A DNA stretch of 64,000 nucleotides from a virus (taxonomy: Duplodnaviria; Caudoviricetes), in IMG/VR virus record IMGVR_UViG_3300033121_002356, positions 32,001-96,000 of that record; one strand, given 5' to 3'. The translations under genes and the position numbers were made by a program. Shown piece by piece: positions 48,190-55,736 of this stretch (within the stretch, counting starts at the first letter, position 1; each line of letters begins with the position of its first letter). The notes under the pieces are model-generated. The model did not search any database, had not been told where the DNA came from, and saw only the letters and a program-made list of their open reading frames with translations.

Positions 48190-49104
48190 TTAGAGACTAA
48201 AGTCTATCTGTGCAACCACACTAGCAATAGCCTTGGTTAAGAGAGTATCTACGTCGGACGTTGGGCTAGTAGGAACAGAGTCTGGGTCCGACTCAACAAG
48301 AGTTTGAACCTTAGACCCACTAGCTAAAACAACAGATACAGCAGGAGTAACCGTTAAACTAGATGTACCACCACCAGCGGTTATAACAAAGTTTTGTCTA
48401 TTCCCATTAGCAGCAACAACTACTATTGCGGAACCGTCATCAAATCCAGTACCATCAGAAATAGTTAAAGAAGTACCGGAAGAAAAGTTTCCAGTTAACT
48501 TAGCTGTTACGATGCTATCTGATAAAAGAGCTAAAGCCCGGCTTTCAAAAGGAATATCAAATCCTACCAAAGCTGCAAATCCAGTAGCAGTAGTTCCGTC
48601 AGTAATTTCAACCGAACTTCTTCCAGTCCCAGTATAAGTGTTAGAGATAGTTCCTGATTTTATTTCTATTTTTCCATTTAAATAATCAGAAGAAGAGTTC
48701 TTAAAACTAAGATTTCCCGCTTCAAGCCCTCCTACTTCAGCGAGGCTTCTTATCTCATCTTCTATAGCTGTGGCTATAGAATTTCCAGTATAGATTCCCG
48801 GTGGTATAGTTATCTCTCGACTTAAAGACCCATCAATGGATACATTTAAATAATTAGTTCCAGAAACAACCGCAAATGGGGTAGATGCCAACCCAGATGA
48901 TTTAGAAAATCCATTTAATGTATATGATACTAATTCGTCATCAATAGAGGCCTCACTAGCATCCAGCGCGCTAGTAGTAACCGTTAAAAACCATCTTTCG
49001 TCGCCCTCGCTGAGAGAATCAACAATGGATTTCAAGTCTACTGAAACCGTCTTTGTATTGTCTGGATAGTTCACACTATCAACAACTGTTAATGAAGTAG
49101 CCAT
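48190..49104 (-). CDS. Virion protein with an inserted flagellar-hook / sheath-insert-like module
   Basis: LNVSIDG...IATAIEDEI...IEIKSG...SSVEI...LVGF. Confidence 0.6.
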   Translation of the reverse strand: MATSLTVVDSVNYPDNTKTVSVDLKSIVDSLSEGDERWFLTVTTSALDASEASIDDELVSYTLNGFSKSSGLASTPFAVVSGTNYLNVSIDGSLSREITIPPGIYTGNSIATAIEDEIRSLAEVGGLEAGNLSFKNSSSDYLNGKIEIKSGTISNTYTGTGRSSVEITDGTTATGFAALVGFDIPFESRALALLSDSIVTAKLTGNFSSGTSLTISDGTGFDDGSAIVVVAANGNRQNFVITAGGGTSSLTVTPAVSVVLASGSKVQTLVESDPDSVPTSPTSDVDTLLTKAIASVVAQIDFSL

Positions 49105-49123
49105 TTTTTATAATCCTCTCGTA

Positions 49124-49492
49124 TTATGTTTCAAAAAATCTTGTACCCGTTTGAACAAAATGTGGGCAATTATCATCCATACACATCCAACCAATACCAC
49201 CGCCGCCTCTAGACTTTGTTATCATTTTACCGTCTGTATAAGGGTGGGTATCGTACACCGCATCACCAAACATAGTATACTCATCTGAGTAAGTAACTAC
49301 TCCACTTTCTCTTCCGCCATAAGGAAATTTTTTAGAATTTCCTACATTACTTAAAGTACCGGATGCCACAGCACCAGTATCAACATCCCACCCATCATAA
49401 AAATCAAATGAAAACGGGCATAACTTATAGCAATGCCCTGTAAAAGGGGTTATAGAAACTGTAACATTATTGTCGCAACTTCTATCTATCAA
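49124..49492 (-). CDS. Small Cys-containing hypothetical tail protein
   Basis: SCDNN, HCYKLCPF, GGGGIGWMCMDDNCPHF. Confidence 0.6.
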   Translation of the reverse strand: MIDRSCDNNVTVSITPFTGHCYKLCPFSFDFYDGWDVDTGAVASGTLSNVGNSKKFPYGGRESGVVTYSDEYTMFGDAVYDTHPYTDGKMITKSRGGGGIGWMCMDDNCPHFVQTGTRFFET

Positions 49493-49872
49493 TACTCATC
49501 CACCTCTGCTTTATAAAAAATATTCTTATAATGCTCTGTTTCATTGTGACCTTCAAGAGAAATTTTAATAAATCCACGCTTTCTTATTTTACCAAATAAA
49601 TCAAAATTAACGTTCTTTAATATGGCTTCCTTAAAGTAAACATAATAAGTACCGTCATAACGAGCGCCATTCCAAAAAAATCGTACAGTGTAGAAGGAAT
49701 CTATAGCATTTTTTCCGGAATAATATTCCGTAAAATCTAAATTAATATTGTCCTGCGGTAATAACTGATAGGAATCTTTTATACCTGGCCCACTAAAATT
49801 TGCACCACGTAGCTCTATATCACCATTTTCTCTAATCTTATAAAATTCCCAATTTAAAATTATGTAAGACAT
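49489..49872 (-). CDS. Hypothetical protein
   Basis: 127-aa ORF with an ATGA overlap into the downstream gene. Confidence 0.65.
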   Translation of the reverse strand: MSYIILNWEFYKIRENGDIELRGANFSGPGIKDSYQLLPQDNINLDFTEYYSGKNAIDSFYTVRFFWNGARYDGTYYVYFKEAILKNVNFDLFGKIRKRGFIKISLEGHNETEHYKNIFYKAEVDEY

Positions 49873-49880
49873 ACCTATCC

Positions 49881-50606
49881 TTAACCTGCGGCTGTATATA
49901 TCGGGCTATATTCTATATTTACCTGTGCTTCACAAACTGTTCCATCTTTCTTTAAGAGAGTAGAATTACCAAATTTTTCTACAAATCCTTGAGTAACTTC
50001 CTTAGCCCTTCCTAAACTAAGTGCCCCCGCAGATACCTCGGCGCTTTTAGTCGTAAGGGTACTGTTATATAATGTAACGCCTGCTTCCGCTTGGCTTATT
50101 CCCTCGCCATAAAACTGACCAGTAGGCATTCCATTAATCATAACAATAGTTGGACTATTAGAAATAGGAGTTGAAATAACTTTTGTATTTCCAGTCATCA
50201 TATAGAAATCACTACTAGGATAAGTAGTAAGAGACCAGCTTTCCTGCCCTACACCCTGAATATCTTTAGAGTAAGAGTAAGAAGTAACGAAAAATGTTCT
50301 ATTATTTAATGTATACCCAGAAGCCCCACCAACCGGGCAAAATCCAGGAGTAAACGATACTGATACACTTAGTTGAGAATCAGTACAGTTAGGAGTACTC
50401 ATATCTGTAAACTCAGTTGTTCCTGCGCCCCCATAAATAGAAATACTAACCGTTTCGCTACCAGTGCTTTCAACTGCAAATAAGCTATCACTTCCTAATT
50501 GGTACAAAGGAGAAAATCCTTTACCCTCTTGCCATGAAAAAGAGATTATACCATCAGACAATCCATCAAAAGAAACAACACTTGATTGTCCAATAATAAA
50601 TGGCAT
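49881..50606 (-). CDS. Possible tail-tube-fold / baseplate protein
   Basis: Beta-rich; PLYQLGS resembles the tube-protein xELGS motif; FFVTSYSYS...ESWSL. Confidence 0.4.
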   Translation of the reverse strand: MPFIIGQSSVVSFDGLSDGIISFSWQEGKGFSPLYQLGSDSLFAVESTGSETVSISIYGGAGTTEFTDMSTPNCTDSQLSVSVSFTPGFCPVGGASGYTLNNRTFFVTSYSYSKDIQGVGQESWSLTTYPSSDFYMMTGNTKVISTPISNSPTIVMINGMPTGQFYGEGISQAEAGVTLYNSTLTTKSAEVSAGALSLGRAKEVTQGFVEKFGNSTLLKKDGTVCEAQVNIEYSPIYTAAG

Positions 50607-50941
50607 TAATTTATTCCTCTCTCGGCTTCTACTTTTTTATCATATTCTTCTAAGATTTGTTTAAAGGCATCAGTACCAAAAACGCAATTAGATACATCGC
50701 AAGGAGACTGCTCTTCGACAACACAACACTGCCTATAAACAGCATCTAAACAAGTATGATTAGCAACAGTACAAAATACAGGAAGCCTTCCATGTACTTT
50801 AATTTTATCACTTTTAATTTCTTCATCGGTACTTTGTTTGTAAAACATACCTATCTTTTTTTGTGGCTCTACTTTTTTAGATTTTTCAAGAGCCAGTGCT
50901 TGCATTTTTTCTCGTCGGGCTCTACAGGGTTGGCACGCCAT
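50606..50941 (-). CDS. Cys-rich metal-binding hypothetical protein
   Basis: MACQPC N-terminus; FC...TC...QCC...PC...NC. Confidence 0.6.
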   Translation of the reverse strand: MACQPCRARREKMQALALEKSKKVEPQKKIGMFYKQSTDEEIKSDKIKVHGRLPVFCTVANHTCLDAVYRQCCVVEEQSPCDVSNCVFGTDAFKQILEEYDKKVEAERGIN

Positions 50942-50954
50942 ATCTTAATATCCT

Positions 50955-51227
50955 TTAAAAGCTTATCGCTTGTATAGTTACTTGGTGCTGATAAATTGGG
51001 TCCGAACAATCCATTGCAGATAGCGGTAAATTAGTTATTATACTAACCTGGTGTGCTACAATAAATCCTTGAAAAGTTCTATTATTTATATCTAAAGTTA
51101 TTGGGTAAGTACCTGGTAACGAGGGGCTTGTACTAAAAGCCACAAGAGAAATATTAGCTATCCCGGAAGCCTCAATATTTATTGAAACAGATTCACAATC
51201 TATAATTGGGGTAGCTATACAAGGCAT
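50955..51227 (-). CDS. Small beta-rich tail/baseplate protein
   Basis: 90 aa with alternating beta-strand pattern, AAGGA RBS, tail gene context. Confidence 0.5.
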   Translation of the reverse strand: MPCIATPIIDCESVSINIEASGIANISLVAFSTSPSLPGTYPITLDINNRTFQGFIVAHQVSIITNLPLSAMDCSDPIYQHQVTIQAISF

Positions 51228-51569
51228 TTACAAAATCATCTCGCTATCACAATTATCCGGTGAAGCTACATCATCGCTATCACAGAAAATAGAGGAACGT
51301 TGCTCTGTACTTGTAAAATCTAATAAACCGTCTTGAGTTATTATACTTTTCGATTGGTAGCTAATATTAGCAAAAGGACCGTTCTCTGTAACTGGTGGGT
51401 CTTTAATGGCCTGCATCGAATCAGAGCCCTTTAGTTCCGTTATAGTACAATAATTTCTTGTTATTGTTTTTGACACACCAAAAGACTGCATAAGATATTT
51501 TGTATCTTCTGTTAATTGAAGTCCAGCACTCCTTAATTTACTAACTTCAGTATCAACAAAAGTTGCCAT
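51228..51569 (-). CDS. Hypothetical tail-region protein
   Basis: 113-aa ORF abutting the next gene (TAA-ATG). Confidence 0.55.
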   Translation of the reverse strand: MATFVDTEVSKLRSAGLQLTEDTKYLMQSFGVSKTITRNYCTITELKGSDSMQAIKDPPVTENGPFANISYQSKSIITQDGLLDFTSTEQRSSIFCDSDDVASPDNCDSEMIL

Positions 51570-51575
51570 AAAATA

Positions 51576-52292
51576 TTAATCCCCACAATTATCTAATGTT
51601 AATGGTTTAATATTATCGTCTTCAAATATATAGGTTATACTAACAGTAGCAGGGGACGGTGGGTCGATAGTTAAATTAAAGGACTGTGGGTACGCTTTAT
51701 AAAGAGTTCCTTCAATGGTTATACCAACTGGAACGTCTATAGTACCATCATGCGTGTTAAAATTATATATTTCATGAATACCTGTAAAATCTACTCTTTT
51801 AAAAAAATAAGCATTTAGAATACTAGCCTTACTCTGCAACCCAGAAGAAATGTCAGCACTAACTGCATCTACAGGGCCACCAAGACTATTATACCCCCAC
51901 AGACTAACCGTACCAGCGTTTGGTAAAAGATTTATATTACTTCCAACAGAAGCATTGCCGAAATCTTCAGGACATTTTACTGTTACCGCAGCATTAATTT
52001 GTGGAATAAATAAAAGAGAGGAATCGTTACCAGGTATAGTAATGTTACTTCCACTCCACTCCCCACATTTTCTTTTCATCAGCCAATTAATAGATGCTTC
52101 TATAGAAAATGGGCCACACGCAATTCCTAAATAAGGCCCATTCGTACTACTATCAAAACTAAACCCAGTTATTTGAATAGTTCCAACACTTTCAGAAATA
52201 TTTGTAGCGGGCTGTACACTTATACTTCGTACACCAGAAGCCGGGGGTGAAAAAGTTAAAGAATTCGCTAATTTACAACAAACTGTAGCCAT
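51576..52292 (-). CDS. Beta-rich Cys-containing tail/baseplate protein
   Basis: GVRSISV...GTIQITGF, AYPQSFNLTIDPPSPATVSITYIF; tail gene context. Confidence 0.5.
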   Translation of the reverse strand: MATVCCKLANSLTFSPPASGVRSISVQPATNISESVGTIQITGFSFDSSTNGPYLGIACGPFSIEASINWLMKRKCGEWSGSNITIPGNDSSLLFIPQINAAVTVKCPEDFGNASVGSNINLLPNAGTVSLWGYNSLGGPVDAVSADISSGLQSKASILNAYFFKRVDFTGIHEIYNFNTHDGTIDVPVGITIEGTLYKAYPQSFNLTIDPPSPATVSITYIFEDDNIKPLTLDNCGD

Positions 52293-52347
52293 GATGTTCG
52301 TCCATTAAAGTAATAATCTGAAATTGTTACATTGTTTATATAACATA

Positions 52348-53589
52348 TTAAGTTTCTTCTTCTGAAATAGGAGCGTATGTACCATATGCAGGACCGCCCT
52401 CTTTCATTTCTGCATGTTTATGCACTGGAAGGCCCATAATAGTTGCAGACCCAGTTGCCCCATTAGAATTACTAGTTAAAATTATTTCATTCCATTGTGT
52501 TCCAATTCCTTTGTGTCTATACCAAACCCCATCCGTAGCTGGAAAATCACTATCCTTAGTTTCTATAACAGAACCCTGTGGACCGTCTATTATTGTACCA
52601 TAATTTGAATTTAATACAGACCACGTATAAGCAGTACCCTCTCTAGCATCTTCTGCCGGAGGAGCGCATACAGTAGCATCGGAACATCTAAAATTTAACT
52701 CTTCATCCGGGGACAGCATTATAAATGCTGGAACGATTCTTATCGAACCAGAGCCAGAGCCGGTAGAAGAAACACTACCAGAACCACCAGAAGTTTGCTT
52801 AAAAGCTCCTCTATCGAAAAATGAATGCTTTGCTTTCGTATTCATATTTGAGGACCCTGCTGGAATTCCAAAAGTATCAGATAAAAAGCTAAAAAACCCA
52901 CTTCCACTTACTACAGACTTAGACATATCTAATTTTTTTATACTAGACTCCTTAACAAACATCTTCTTAGATTTTTTTGAAACTTTTCTAGAAGTAGGTG
53001 CCTTAATACTAGAAGAAGAAAATCCAGACGAATGTATACCTCCTGAACTATCCCACCTTCCGCCTGCTCTAATTACACTATTCGCAGCTTGTTGGTATCT
53101 TCCTAGTAATGATTTTTGTTCAACTCCTGTTATAACTGCAAAAACTCCCATACCATTTTCTACTACAGTTCTTCTAGTATAAGTTCTTTCTTGAATAATA
53201 TGTAAAATATCCACTGCCTGAACTTCAACTACATAAGTAGAAGCCAGCATAAAATCTCTACGAATTGTAACATTTTTTACAATACCTTTAAATAGGGGTA
53301 CCCAACCAGTCTCCCCTTTTAACATACCATAAATCGCAAAAGATGATTTATTATTAAATTTCTCATTAAATGGAACAGATGGTGTATTTTGTGGTTGTAC
53401 CGCTCCAAGCTCCGACGCACGCATACGTATCGTAGCGGATGCAGTTGATACTACATTTCCTCGTTGCTTGCTAATATTAAAAGCCTTCACCTGTGGAGTT
53501 TCAAAAGAATTGCCAACCCCAGCAGCATCATTGAAAGTTATTTTAAATCTTAAATCTTCAAAAATATTAGCTACTAATTTAAAGGACAT
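52348..53589 (-). CDS. Baseplate hub/spike-like protein with a C-terminal HxH motif
   Basis: AFNISKQRG..STASATI, LFKGIVKNV, VEVQAVD resemble gp27/gpD hub barrel strands; PVHKH near the C-terminus. Confidence 0.5.
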   Translation of the reverse strand: MSFKLVANIFEDLRFKITFNDAAGVGNSFETPQVKAFNISKQRGNVVSTASATIRMRASELGAVQPQNTPSVPFNEKFNNKSSFAIYGMLKGETGWVPLFKGIVKNVTIRRDFMLASTYVVEVQAVDILHIIQERTYTRRTVVENGMGVFAVITGVEQKSLLGRYQQAANSVIRAGGRWDSSGGIHSSGFSSSSIKAPTSRKVSKKSKKMFVKESSIKKLDMSKSVVSGSGFFSFLSDTFGIPAGSSNMNTKAKHSFFDRGAFKQTSGGSGSVSSTGSGSGSIRIVPAFIMLSPDEELNFRCSDATVCAPPAEDAREGTAYTWSVLNSNYGTIIDGPQGSVIETKDSDFPATDGVWYRHKGIGTQWNEIILTSNSNGATGSATIMGLPVHKHAEMKEGGPAYGTYAPISEEET

Positions 53590-53600
53590 TTACTATCTCC

Positions 53601-55721
53601 TTAGACTTCAACAGGATTGTTATAAATCTGGACCGTTACTCTATCCCCTGCCTCTAATTCATCTCTAACTGAGGAGATACAGCCGTAAGAGCCCATACCA
53701 TCCACTTTGACTGTATACAAAGCCCCACCACCGGCTACAGAGGTAACTGTACCGCTTCTAGATACTTGCTCTGTTCTTCTCTCATATATTTCAGTACCCC
53801 ACGACCCCACCCCAACTATTTTCTTACCAGTTGTAATTGTAACCTGGAAAGACGACTCATCTTGCATAGAATAATTTATACTATTTATAATTTCATTACT
53901 ATTATCGTATTTAGCTCCTAAGTATGGCTGTTCTCCCTTAAGTATCTGCCCACTGAATATATACTGAGACTGTGTTTCTATTTCTTCTTCATTATATAAT
54001 TTAAAAATAAAGTCTCTAACTGCTATAATGTCTTCATCAGACGCAGTAGGATTTATATCACCCGGAGTACACTGCCCCCCTGTTGTTTCCGATAAGTCAC
54101 TACCAACTACCTTTCCCCCGCTTATAAATGGCAAAGATACATCTATTACTCTAGAGGCCCCAGAATTTTGTAATTGCATACTAGGAGTATGTTGTAAATC
54201 CTGTTTGATAGTTGGGTCAGAATCTACTAAGTCCTTTTCATGATTTATATAGCTACTTCTTGCAAGTCCTGCTGGGAGGGGGAAATCATTTCTAAATCTA
54301 TAATATACAGGAGCAGGAGCATCCTGTATAACTACAGGAGTCATCATAATAAACTCACCATTTCTTAATACGTTCGCTATTTCAACCGCTCTACCTAGGG
54401 GGGAATAAACATTAACTGATGGTAAATTTACAGATATGTTTAACCAAGCTGTATTTGCTATATACCCTAGCCCTCCTCCTGAAGGAAGGTAAGGAAACCC
54501 AGGAATACTAATATCAGAAGGCCATACAGGGTCACCACCGGGTCTTGCAAGATTTTTATATAAATCAATATATATAGTTTCGTTAGCGGGAGGCCCCACT
54601 CTCCAACTATATTCAGACCCCTCACTAAGTTCAAATATACTAAGTTCTTCATCAGCAAATTCAAAAAAATTACCAGAAATGCTTTGATAAATTCTAGATA
54701 CACGCTGTCCTATGAGGAAAAAATTCGACACATTCTCAAAAACATAAACATGTTCCCCGTATACATTTTTTCGTAAAAGTAAAGATTGTAAAGAAACAGA
54801 TGTCGTGCCTCCTGGCCTAGTCGGTATAGTTTTACTATTTATATTTAGTGCTAAAGTCTGAAAAGCATTATTGTCGCCGCCACCCGCATTTGCTGATGCA
54901 AGGTCAGAACCAGTTATAGGTATAGAAATAACAGAATTATTTGATAATTCAATTTTAGCGTCCGGGTCATAACCATTCTTTAACTTTTCTTTTACATCTG
55001 TTTTCCACGCCAATAATGATTCAAAGCACTGCGGATGATAGGCATTTAATAAATTATTCTTATATGTGTCATCCCATGATGGTTCTTGATAAACAATAGA
55101 AGCGTATCTATTAATTATTTTCTTATACCTATCGAAAATATTACTACTTTCTGCTGGATACCCATCGGAGCCAGGAAATCCTTGATTACCCCCGGAACCC
55201 GAATGAACGGCTTGGGTAACAATACCATTCCCAACCTCCAATAAATTCACTGCTTTACCGGTTCTAATTATTCTTTTAGGGGGACGGTCATAGCCTCTTA
55301 TAACAACTAATTCAATAGTTTGGTCCGCTATTTTTGTGCTGCTTTTAGCAATTAACCCAACATCGCCTTGGGGAGAAGTCCAAGAGGACTCCCCTATCCT
55401 AACGAATCTGGGTATTCCGTCTGTATCGGCGTATAACTCTACTAAAACTTGGTCAATCATGCTCTCCGCTAAAGAGAGCCTAATAGCTTCTTGAGCAGAC
55501 ATATTTCTTATATCATAACCGTTAACCACCCCTCTAGTAAGAATTCCCTCCTCCTTATAAGGTATACCAAACTTATCAAGTACATCCCTTGCCACTATCT
55601 TAGTATCAGTTAAATCAGAAGGGTCTCTAACACCAGCAGGTAAAAATACAGCCGAGTTAGTACCAGTATGACTATCCTCATAATCTAAAACAGTTGAATT
55701 TCCTGGGTATATTATTCTCAT
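53601..55721 (-). CDS. Baseplate hub-like protein with a C-terminal OB-fold
   Basis: Immediately after the tape-measure gene; ELYADTDGIPRF, VVIRG, IINSINYS...QVTITTG; C-terminal GTVTSV...YTVKVDG...LEAGDRVTV. Confidence 0.55.
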   Translation of the reverse strand: MRIIYPGNSTVLDYEDSHTGTNSAVFLPAGVRDPSDLTDTKIVARDVLDKFGIPYKEEGILTRGVVNGYDIRNMSAQEAIRLSLAESMIDQVLVELYADTDGIPRFVRIGESSWTSPQGDVGLIAKSSTKIADQTIELVVIRGYDRPPKRIIRTGKAVNLLEVGNGIVTQAVHSGSGGNQGFPGSDGYPAESSNIFDRYKKIINRYASIVYQEPSWDDTYKNNLLNAYHPQCFESLLAWKTDVKEKLKNGYDPDAKIELSNNSVISIPITGSDLASANAGGGDNNAFQTLALNINSKTIPTRPGGTTSVSLQSLLLRKNVYGEHVYVFENVSNFFLIGQRVSRIYQSISGNFFEFADEELSIFELSEGSEYSWRVGPPANETIYIDLYKNLARPGGDPVWPSDISIPGFPYLPSGGGLGYIANTAWLNISVNLPSVNVYSPLGRAVEIANVLRNGEFIMMTPVVIQDAPAPVYYRFRNDFPLPAGLARSSYINHEKDLVDSDPTIKQDLQHTPSMQLQNSGASRVIDVSLPFISGGKVVGSDLSETTGGQCTPGDINPTASDEDIIAVRDFIFKLYNEEEIETQSQYIFSGQILKGEQPYLGAKYDNSNEIINSINYSMQDESSFQVTITTGKKIVGVGSWGTEIYERRTEQVSRSGTVTSVAGGGALYTVKVDGMGSYGCISSVRDELEAGDRVTVQIYNNPVEV

Positions 55722-55736
55722 ATACTATGCCTTTAA

